Source: Candidatus Altimarinota bacterium (lineage in GTDB: Bacteria > Patescibacteriota > Gracilibacteria > UBA1369). From it: 32,000 nucleotides of DNA. Of the stretch, positions 7,972 to 15,126 are shown piece by piece. The DNA is taken from the NCBI GenBank assembly GCA_041659405.1, contig JBAZYK010000010.1, positions 30,001 to 62,000 on the forward strand, written 5' to 3'. Position 1 is the first letter of the stretch, and each line of letters begins with the position of its first letter. Both the position numbers and the translations under genes were made by a program. The notes beneath the pieces were generated by a model. The model was given only the letters and a program-made list of their open reading frames with translations. It did not search any database and was not told where the DNA came from.

Positions 7972-7993
7972 GCCGACCAATTAATTTGTATTT

Positions 7994-8011
7994 TTATCGT
8001 ATTTACGATAA
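7994..8011 (+). promoter_or_regulatory. Perfect 8+8 bp palindrome upstream of the TA operon (candidate antitoxin operator)
   Basis: TTATCGTA-tt-TACGATAA at 7994-8011, 35 nt upstream of ATG 8047 in an AT-rich region with -10-like hexamers. Ribbon-helix-helix antitoxins typically autoregulate via palindromic operators. Confidence 0.4.
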
Positions 8012-8046
8012 GATTTATATAGATTTTATTATTATTACTATAATAT

Positions 8047-8349
8047 ATGAGTAAATCGACTCAAACTACCCTTTCTATAGATAAAGAAACAAAAAACCTT
8101 GCGGCTTCCAGGGCAAAGAAAAATGGAATGTCCGTCTCTGTTGTGGCGCGTATTTTTCTTCGTGATTATGCTACGGGTAAACTTGATATTGGCTCACGCA
8201 GTGTTGAACGTGATGAAAACGGTTTTACTCCGCAAGCGTCCGGAAAGCTTACTCAGGCCCTTGAAGACGTTAAGAATAAACGCAATTTATCCCCGGGATT
8301 TGATAATTCCAAGAACGCCATTGAGTGGCTTCATAAACAAAATGATTAA
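8047..8349 (+). CDS. Type II antitoxin, RelB/DinJ-like (ribbon-helix-helix)
   Basis: The N-terminus TLSIDKETKNLAASRAKKNGMSVSVVARIFLRDYA matches the RHH pattern of DinJ/RelB antitoxins. It lies 11 nt upstream of a YafQ/RelE-like toxin gene. Confidence 0.8.
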   Translation: MSKSTQTTLSIDKETKNLAASRAKKNGMSVSVVARIFLRDYATGKLDIGSRSVERDENGFTPQASGKLTQALEDVKNKRNLSPGFDNSKNAIEWLHKQND

Positions 8350-8360
8350 CTTTTCTTTTG

Positions 8361-8624
8361 ATGAAAATTATTTTTCATAAAGATTTTTTAAAGGCGTATG
8401 CACGTCTTGGCAAAATTGATCGAAAGGCCGTTGATAATACCATTCAAATTTTCCAGCAAAATCAGAATGATTCGAAGCTTAATAATCATGCTTTAAAAGG
8501 AAAACACGGTGGCGTGCGTAGCTTAAGTGTCAAATTTGATCTTCGTATTTTGTTTATAGAACAGCAAAATTATTCCATCGTGATTATGCTTGAAGTGGGC
8601 ACTCATTCGCAGTTGTATGGATGA
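8361..8624 (+). CDS. Type II toxin, RelE/YafQ-family mRNA interferase
   Basis: MKIIFHKDFLKAY...LNNHALKGKHGGVRSLSVKFDLRILF...LEVGTHSQLYG shows the H.L.G....R......D.R(I/L)... and GTHS.L signature of YafQ/RelE toxins. ATG 8361 is preferred over the track's TTG 8358. Confidence 0.85.
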   Translation: MKIIFHKDFLKAYARLGKIDRKAVDNTIQIFQQNQNDSKLNNHALKGKHGGVRSLSVKFDLRILFIEQQNYSIVIMLEVGTHSQLYG

Positions 8625-8779
8625 TTGCGGGTGTGACGGAGGGGAATGTAATTTTTTGAAGTTCGTGCACAATGATAATTTATGTGGTACTATATTTTTC
8701 GATGTGCGGGAAAAAAATGGTTTTTGGCACTCAATAAATGCGGATTTTCCCCTTTGTATATTGTTAATTTTTTAGAAGT

Positions 8780-11245
8780 ATGGCTCATAATTTAGTGATT
8801 GTAGAGTCTCCAACAAAAGCGAAAACAATTTCGAAAATGTTGGGGAAGGATTATACGGTAAGGGCTTCTATGGGCCATGTTCGTGATCTTCCAAAGTCGC
8901 AAATGGGAATTGATGTGAAGAATCATTTTGAACCTACCTATATGGTTCCGATGGAAAAAAAGAAGGTGATTGCCGAATTAAAGGCTGAACTTAAAAAGAG
9001 TGATGCACTTTGGATCGCAACTGATGAAGACCGCGAAGGAGAGGCGATTGGCTGGCACTTGCTGCAGGCGCTTGATGTGGATGAGAAAAAAATGCCCGTA
9101 CAGCGTATTGCTTTTCATGAAATTACCGAAGGTGCTATTAAGGACGCGCTAAAACATCCTCGTCAGCTTGATTATAATCTGGTTGATGCACAGCAGGCGC
9201 GCCGTATTTTGGATCGTCTGGTTGGTTATGAACTTTCTCCGCTTTTGTGGAAAAAAATCCGTTATGGCTTATCTGCAGGCCGTGTTCAGAGTGTGGCGGT
9301 TAGATTGATTGTTGAACGTGAACGTGAAATTCGTGCATTTAAAGTTGAAGAATATTGGACAATTTCGGCTCAATTTAAAAAAGGAAATGATATTTTTGAA
9401 GCGCAGCTCGCGAAATTTAATGCCAAAGATGTTGATTTGAAAAACGGAGAAGATTCGCAAAAAATCTTAAAAGCTTTAGAACAAGCCATTTATAATGTGG
9501 TGAAGGTTGAAGAAAAAGATGTGACCAGAAATCCGGCTCCTCCATTTACGACTTCCACTTTGCAACAGGAAGCTTCCCGCAAATTGGGTTATTCCGTGAA
9601 GAGAACCATGGTTATTGCGCAACAACTTTATGAAGGTGTGGAACATGGCCGTGGAACTACAGGTCTTATCACTTATATGCGTACCGATTCGGTAAATCTT
9701 TCTGAAGTGGCTTTAAAACAGGCTCGCGAAGTGATTACCGAGGATTTTGGTAAGGAATTTGCGCTGGAAACTCCACGTTATTATAAAGGACGTAAAGGGG
9801 CTCAAGAAGCGCATGAAGCCATTCGTCCGGCTGATCTTTCTTTAAAACCGGCTGATGTTGAGCAATATTTGGATAAAGAGCAATTCAAGTTATATGAAAT
9901 GATTTGGAAAAGAACGTTGGCTTGTCAGATGAAGGAGGCCAAATTAAAGGCTTTGGGTGTTGATATAGAGGCGTTTGCAGGTGGAGCGAGTGGTAAGGGG
10001 GCGTCCACTGGTTACGTTTTCCGTGCAACCGGTCAAACTATTAAATTTGCGGGATTTATGCGGGCTTATGTGGAAGGTTCCGATCATCCGGATGAAGAGC
10101 TTGCGAATCAGGAAAAATTGCTGCCAGCTTTGGCGCAGGGTGATAATGTTGATTTGGAAAAACTTGATCCAATTCAGCATTTTACAAAGCCACCGGCACG
10201 TTATACTGAAGCCAGCTTGGTAAAGAAATTGGAATCCGAGGGCATTGGTCGTCCATCAACTTATGCGCCAACCATTTCGACAATTGTGACTCGCGGGTAC
10301 ATCGAAAAAGATGGCAAGCAATTGAAGCCAACCGACTTGGCGGAAGTTGTAACCGACATGTTGGTGAAGCATTTTGCGGATATTGTTGATTATAAATTTA
10401 CAGCTGAAATGGAAGATTCTTTGGATGAAATCGCTGAGGGAAAAAAGAAATGGGAACCGGTTATTAGTGCGTTTTATGAACCATTCCATAAAAATGTAGA
10501 AATGAAAAATGAAACTTTAAAAAAAGAAGACATTGTAAATTTGGAAACAACCGAGGAAAAATGTGATAAGTGCGGCAAGCCGATGATTGTGAAATTGGGA
10601 CGTTTTGGGAAATTTTTATCCTGTTCGAATTATCCGGAATGTAAAAATGCGCGACCTTTGAATGCGCCTTCCGAAGCCGAGAAAACACCGGAACAAATCG
10701 AGCTTGAGAAGAAATTGAGTGGCAAGAAGTGTGAAAAATGTGGGAAACCGATGGAAATTAAACATGGTCGTTTTGGAGACTTTTTGGGATGCAGCGGTTA
10801 TCCTGAATGTAAAAATATTCAGTCGATTGTAAAACCAACCGGAGTTAAATGTCCAAAATGTGGCGATGGTCAGATGATTGAAAGGCATGCGCGTAAAAGT
10901 GGTAAGGTTTTTTATGGCTGTAATAAATATCCTAAATGTTTGAATGCGGTTTGGGATAAGCCAACCGGCGAACTCTGCAAAAAATGTGGCAGTTTGATAG
11001 TGCTTAAAAAAGATGAGGAATTGTGTTCACAATGCGATTTGGGCGGTCCGACCAAGAGTAAGGGCTCGGCGGCTGGTGATAAGGCCAAAGCTAAGGTTTA
11101 TGGGGCTGATAAGGCTGGCGCTCCGGTTTATGGGGCGAAAAAGGCGGTGGCTGGTACTAAAAAGGCGGCAGGAGGTACGAAAAAGGATGCCGCAGGTCCG
11201 AAAAAAGCGGTTGCTGCTAAAAAAACGGCTAAGAAAAAGGAATAA
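8780..11245 (+). CDS. topA: DNA topoisomerase I with four C-terminal Cys4 zinc ribbons and a Lys/Ala-rich tail
   Basis: Toprim start MAHNLVIVESPTKAKTISK, then DEDREGEAI and the active-site region GLITYMRTDS. Four Zn ribbons: CDKCGKP...CSNYPEC, CEKCGKP...CSGYPEC, CPKCG...CNKYPKC, CKKCG...CSQC. Confidence 0.95.
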   Translation: MAHNLVIVESPTKAKTISKMLGKDYTVRASMGHVRDLPKSQMGIDVKNHFEPTYMVPMEKKKVIAELKAELKKSDALWIATDEDREGEAIGWHLLQALDVDEKKMPVQRIAFHEITEGAIKDALKHPRQLDYNLVDAQQARRILDRLVGYELSPLLWKKIRYGLSAGRVQSVAVRLIVEREREIRAFKVEEYWTISAQFKKGNDIFEAQLAKFNAKDVDLKNGEDSQKILKALEQAIYNVVKVEEKDVTRNPAPPFTTSTLQQEASRKLGYSVKRTMVIAQQLYEGVEHGRGTTGLITYMRTDSVNLSEVALKQAREVITEDFGKEFALETPRYYKGRKGAQEAHEAIRPADLSLKPADVEQYLDKEQFKLYEMIWKRTLACQMKEAKLKALGVDIEAFAGGASGKGASTGYVFRATGQTIKFAGFMRAYVEGSDHPDEELANQEKLLPALAQGDNVDLEKLDPIQHFTKPPARYTEASLVKKLESEGIGRPSTYAPTISTIVTRGYIEKDGKQLKPTDLAEVVTDMLVKHFADIVDYKFTAEMEDSLDEIAEGKKKWEPVISAFYEPFHKNVEMKNETLKKEDIVNLETTEEKCDKCGKPMIVKLGRFGKFLSCSNYPECKNARPLNAPSEAEKTPEQIELEKKLSGKKCEKCGKPMEIKHGRFGDFLGCSGYPECKNIQSIVKPTGVKCPKCGDGQMIERHARKSGKVFYGCNKYPKCLNAVWDKPTGELCKKCGSLIVLKKDEELCSQCDLGGPTKSKGSAAGDKAKAKVYGADKAGAPVYGAKKAVAGTKKAAGGTKKDAAGPKKAVAAKKTAKKKE
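11090..11242 (+). repeat. In-frame tandem repeats encoding the basic Lys/Ala tail of TopA
   Basis: Two ~11-aa units (AKVYGADKAGA / PVYGAKKAVAG) are followed by three 7-aa units (TKKAAGG / TKKDAAG / PKKAVAA) and KKTAKKKE. The periodicity is visible in the DNA. Confidence 0.7.
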
Positions 11246-11338
11246 GCCGGGTTTAGTTTTAACAGCATCGATTTCGATGCCTTTAAAAGAGGCGATGGCG
11301 CGTCCGTTTGCTAAAATTTAGTTTACATGGTGTTACTC

Positions 11339-11364
11339 AAAAATCCGGGACGGGACGGATTTTT
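11339..11364 (+). terminator. Weak rho-independent terminator after topA
   Basis: AAAAATCCG-ggacggga-CGGATTTTT: a 4-bp GC core extended by A/T pairs and ending in a T-run (11360-11364). Confidence 0.4.
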
Positions 11365-11376
11365 AGTCCTTTACTG

Positions 11377-11405
11377 TTGAGAAAAACGGCGTTTTTTGCT
11401 ATAAT
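11377..11405 (+). promoter_or_regulatory. Near-consensus sigma70-like promoter (TTGAGA-17 nt-TATAAT)
   Basis: TTGAGA at 11377-11382, a 17-nt spacer, and TATAAT at 11400-11405. It overlaps the track's GTG start (11409), favouring ATG 11427. Confidence 0.5.
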
Positions 11406-11426
11406 GATGTGATAAAATCTTTTTTT

Positions 11427-12152
11427 ATGAAACTAGACACACATATCGGAGAATCAGGTGTTGTTGATTCGGCCAAAGAAGTTGCCGGAGGTGTAAAAGA
11501 TTTAGTGGTTAATCCGCTTTATACTGCCGGTCATGCTGCTTTAACGGCTCCTATTGAAACGGTTAAAGGAACTTTTTCGGCAGTTTTGGAAGAGGGGGTT
11601 CTTGGGACTGTGGCCCAGACCGTGGAAGGTACAAAAGAGATAATTATGGGGCCGGGTGAATTGATTTTGGGTGTGCGGGATGGCGTTTGGCGGGCTTTAA
11701 TCATGGATGGAATTGTTAATAATATTTTTAAAACGAGTACGTTAAATCCTTTAAATTGGCCAAAAGTGTTGAAAAAACTGGGAGGGAATTTGTTTTTGAA
11801 TATGCCGAAAGAGGTTATAGTTGGGGCATTAAAAGGCACAAAACGTCTTTTATGGAATGCTCCTAAACATTTGGTTTGGGGGATTCCAACGTCGTTATTG
11901 CGTGGTTTAAGTGGAACGGTTGAATCGGTTTTAGGTGGAGCTGCGATTTTAATTGGTGGTGGCTCCGATAAAGGCCTTTCCGGCGTGCTGGTTGAAACCA
12001 GGGATGCCTTAAATCGCATTACAAAAGGTTTGGTTCCAAAAACTACGATCATACCAATTGGGGGAGGGTCGGCTTCTGCTGAGCCAGTGCACATGGAGGC
12101 TCCTGTTGCGGAAGCGCCTCATGCGGCCATGGTTCCTGCGGCAGCTCATTAA
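11427..12152 (+). CDS. Hypothetical Gly/Val/Leu-rich protein (241 aa), no family recognised
   Basis: ORF downstream of a good promoter, 35 nt upstream of and co-oriented with the 953-aa gene. No obvious TM helix. The C-terminus is Ala/Pro-rich (EAPVAEAPHAAMVPAAAH). Confidence 0.7.
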   Translation: MKLDTHIGESGVVDSAKEVAGGVKDLVVNPLYTAGHAALTAPIETVKGTFSAVLEEGVLGTVAQTVEGTKEIIMGPGELILGVRDGVWRALIMDGIVNNIFKTSTLNPLNWPKVLKKLGGNLFLNMPKEVIVGALKGTKRLLWNAPKHLVWGIPTSLLRGLSGTVESVLGGAAILIGGGSDKGLSGVLVETRDALNRITKGLVPKTTIIPIGGGSASAEPVHMEAPVAEAPHAAMVPAAAH

Positions 12153-12187
12153 TTTAAAAATTATAAATTTTATAAAACAAAAACAAT

Positions 12188-15049
12188 ATGATTAAGCAAA
12201 ATTCAGTTAAAAAAACTTCCGGCACGCATGAAGTGCCTATTTCTACCGCGAGTGGAGCGAACTCCAATAATTTTTTAGGTGCTATTTGGGGCCAGGGAAT
12301 CGGCTTTTTGACGATTTTTTCTTTGGCGATTTTGTTCGCTTCTGTGATTGCTGCAACCGCGAACGTGCAGGGAGCTAAGGCGGCGCCAGCGTGTTATCTA
12401 TTGAAAGGAACAGGACAATCTGTACTTGTTTCCGGTGTGGCAAATTCCGGAGTCTTGAATTTTGGTTTGCCGGCTAATTATCAGGCTTATAATTCTTGTG
12501 CGAGTGATGCCGGTGGTGGCAATACCAGTTTGCAAGGTTGGGCTTGGAATACCAATTTGGGATGGGTAAGTTTGTATTGTCCCGCAGGCGCGAATCAAAT
12601 AAATCTTGGAAGACAATGTTCAAATGCGGCTTATACTGATGGATATGGCGTAACTGTTGATGTAAATGGTGTTTTAGGTGGATATGCCTGGAGTGATAAC
12701 GCAGGATGGATTAGTTTTGATAATGGAGCTTTTAGCAAAGTGAGAGTTGATGTAAATCCAAATAGTAAATGTGTGGGTAAAGTTTATGGATATACTCCTC
12801 CAAATGTGGCTTGTAATCCTAATGGTGGAAATGTTGATCAGGGGCATCAATTTACTTTTGCCTGGAGTGACAGTGTTGGCTGGCTCGATTTTTCAGGTTT
12901 AACTTTTCCGGTTGGAAAACCATTGTCAGCTTCTTTGACGGTGACGGCTGCGGTTTTTAATAAAGGCGATAATATTGATTATGCGGCTTTTTCGAATGCT
13001 GTTGATTTGACGAGTATTACCAAAACAAAGGCGCCGGTTGCAAATGGGCAGGCCGGTTATACTTTGGTTGTTAAAGTGACTAATGATCAAGGGCAAACAG
13101 TAGTTGTTCCAGATGGTTCAATGAAGATTTTAAATGTTTGGAATGATACGGTGAAGAAGATTCAAACTTATGATGGTTCTCCACAGAATTTGGGAGAAGA
13201 TCAGTGTTTGGCTGGTTTAGCGGTGACTAAGCCTTGTGTTTATAATTCAATGCAAAAGCAATTTGCCAATCCCTATCCGGGAATTTATCAGGCAAATATT
13301 ACGTCTGTAGCGCCTACTTCCAACATGAATGGTTTGGATACTCAGAATAATGGCATTGTTGATTTTCCGTATGAAAGTTTTGTTTTTGGGCCACCTATAA
13401 CAAAACAGCCACTTCAGTCGAATGATCTTGTTTTAAAGCAAATTCTGGTGACAATTTCTGATCCAAATACTCCAGGAAAATGTATTTATCCGGATGTTAA
13501 CTGTTCTACTGTCCCGGTGAATGCATCTGATTATACTTTTAAGTTTAAGCCATCTACAGAAATGACAAAGTTGGAAAGTCCCGATAAAGATAAGATAGTT
13601 TATTCTAACAATGTTCAGCAATTTGGTGCGACTATTACCGATAATTCCGGTGGTACGGATAAGGGGATTGTTAATTTGTATTCGGGAATTGATGCAACGG
13701 GGCAGGTTGTGCCACCTGAAACGGATTTTAGATTTGATAACGATAATGCTCCACAGATGTCGGATGGTGTTATTGATGGTAAAGATTCAGCTGTTTGGAA
13801 TGATGTTGGTTTGTTTTTAAATCCAGATACTCAGCCTTTCTTTAGTGCAGGAATGCTTAATCCAGTAGGACCTCTTTCCGGTCTTTATATCTACAGTGTG
13901 GTTAGTGAGCAAGGTGCTCAGGTTCAATACTATTCAAATAAATTGACCCGCAGTGTTGATCTTTGGGGCAATGGCAAATATATTATTCCGCCGGTTGCGG
14001 TTTTCCGTGGAAATGTTTATTCAGGTTCGCTTTCTTCCGGAACTGCCTCAAGCCAGGCACTTCGTTCGATTGGTGATCCAAGTACCAAAAAGTTTAAGGA
14101 TTCCGTTGTAAAGAACGTTTATAAGATTATTGGGGGCATTACAACTCCGCCTTTCGGTAATGTGAATTTGAGTTCCGGTTCGACAGGAATTAATGTGAAT
14201 GGTAGTGCTGTTAAACTTATGAATGATAATGTTTATTACGCAAAGGGAAATGTTCATATTAGTGGTAATCCATTTAGCTGGACTGGTGAAAAAACGATTA
14301 TTGTTATAGGTGGCAGTGTGTTTATTGATGGCGATCTTAAGCCACAATCAACGAGTAGCAGATTGGGAATAATTGTTTTGAAGGATCAGGCGGCTTCGGT
14401 TGCTGATCGCGCTAAACAGGGAAATATTTATATCAATAAAAACGTAAAACAAATTTATGCGAATATGGTCGCTGATGGGGCGGTTTTCCCTTATGATGCA
14501 GCGGCGGGCGTTAGCGAAAATGGAGAACCTAACTTTGCGAGTGTGGATGCCAAACGTTTGGCTTTGAATAAACAACAGCTCTTTATGCAGGGAAACATCG
14601 TTTCTATGAATACGATTGGCGGGGCGGTTTTGAATAATGGAAAATATGTTTTGGGGAATGGGAAAATTTTGGCTCAAGGTGATCAAAATGCTCAATTACG
14701 TGCAGAGCTTTATGATTTGAATTATTTAAGGCAATTTACGGGGTATTTGAATGTTGATCAAAATGGTATGGCTAAAAGTGATCATAATCTTGCTCTAGTT
14801 GATGCGACTACTTTGTTAAGTTTGAGTAAGATTATTAATCTTCAGGATGGAACTCCAAAAACGAATTATGCTTTATCTTATGGTTACCTTTATGATCCCG
14901 TTTTAGCTCTTCCTGGAATTTATTTCCATGCACCTACTTTAGCGGCAAAAGATTTGGCGGCGACTTATATTTATTTTGATCCGCCAACATCAACATTGCC
15001 GGGATTTGGTGTAAATGGAGCCTCTTTCTTCCAGAATTTGGCACAGTAA
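12188..15049 (+). CDS. Large secreted/surface protein (953 aa) with N-terminal signal-anchor and Trp-rich repeats
   Basis: The hydrophobic N-terminal segment GFLTIFSLAILFASVIAATANVQGAKA acts as signal or anchor. Paired Cys residues occur in the first 220 aa. There are three G[WY]AW..N.GW[IV]SF-type motifs. The C-terminal part has beta-helix-like alternation (TIIVIGGSVFIDGDL, LGIIVLKD, GNIYINKNV, IYANMVADGAVF, LFMQGNIVS). Confidence 0.85.
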   Translation: MIKQNSVKKTSGTHEVPISTASGANSNNFLGAIWGQGIGFLTIFSLAILFASVIAATANVQGAKAAPACYLLKGTGQSVLVSGVANSGVLNFGLPANYQAYNSCASDAGGGNTSLQGWAWNTNLGWVSLYCPAGANQINLGRQCSNAAYTDGYGVTVDVNGVLGGYAWSDNAGWISFDNGAFSKVRVDVNPNSKCVGKVYGYTPPNVACNPNGGNVDQGHQFTFAWSDSVGWLDFSGLTFPVGKPLSASLTVTAAVFNKGDNIDYAAFSNAVDLTSITKTKAPVANGQAGYTLVVKVTNDQGQTVVVPDGSMKILNVWNDTVKKIQTYDGSPQNLGEDQCLAGLAVTKPCVYNSMQKQFANPYPGIYQANITSVAPTSNMNGLDTQNNGIVDFPYESFVFGPPITKQPLQSNDLVLKQILVTISDPNTPGKCIYPDVNCSTVPVNASDYTFKFKPSTEMTKLESPDKDKIVYSNNVQQFGATITDNSGGTDKGIVNLYSGIDATGQVVPPETDFRFDNDNAPQMSDGVIDGKDSAVWNDVGLFLNPDTQPFFSAGMLNPVGPLSGLYIYSVVSEQGAQVQYYSNKLTRSVDLWGNGKYIIPPVAVFRGNVYSGSLSSGTASSQALRSIGDPSTKKFKDSVVKNVYKIIGGITTPPFGNVNLSSGSTGINVNGSAVKLMNDNVYYAKGNVHISGNPFSWTGEKTIIVIGGSVFIDGDLKPQSTSSRLGIIVLKDQAASVADRAKQGNIYINKNVKQIYANMVADGAVFPYDAAAGVSENGEPNFASVDAKRLALNKQQLFMQGNIVSMNTIGGAVLNNGKYVLGNGKILAQGDQNAQLRAELYDLNYLRQFTGYLNVDQNGMAKSDHNLALVDATTLLSLSKIINLQDGTPKTNYALSYGYLYDPVLALPGIYFHAPTLAAKDLAATYIYFDPPTSTLPGFGVNGASFFQNLAQ
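12535..12895 (+). repeat. Three copies of a Trp-rich protein motif
   Basis: QGWAWNTNLGWVSLY (~12535-12576), GGYAWSDNAGWISFD (~12678-12722), FAWSDSVGWLDFS (~12857-12895). Confidence 0.7.
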
Positions 15050-15088
15050 AAAAGTTCATAATGTCTTGGTGGGAAATTCATACTTTAT

Positions 15089-15126
15089 AAAAAATACTCT
15101 GCTGACTTGGCTGGCAGGGTATTTTT
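15089..15126. terminator. Bidirectional terminator between the convergent 953-aa and GT2 genes
   Basis: ATACTCTGC (15094-15102) pairs with GCAGGGTAT (15114-15122): 9 bp with one G-U. It is flanked by an A-run (15089-15094) and a T-run (15122-15126). Confidence 0.55.

Noticed and set aside
7944-8300. Possibility that the T-loop/ACCA sequence is the 3' end of tmRNA (ssrA) or an intact tRNA
   Set aside because: The T-stem pairs at only 3 of 5 positions. No complementary 5' acceptor strand, D-arm or anticodon arm exists. A ~350-nt tmRNA would have to overlap the well-supported TA genes on the opposite strand.
8590-8775. 61-aa Cys-rich ORF overlapping the toxin 3' end
   Set aside because: It overlaps the YafQ-like gene out of frame and then runs through the topA promoter region. 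Its composition is implausible and it has no motif.
11013-11321. 102-aa Arg-rich ORF in an alternative frame of the topA tail
   Set aside because: It is a frame-shifted reading of the Lys/Ala repeat DNA (AAG/GCG read as Arg-rich codons). The topA frame is continuous and ends at a normal stop.
11531-12094. 187-aa antisense ORF opposite the Gly-rich orphan
   Set aside because: It has the Pro/Ser/Thr-rich composition typical of the antisense of Gly/Val-rich coding. The + strand gene has a near-consensus promoter and sits in an operon with the next gene.
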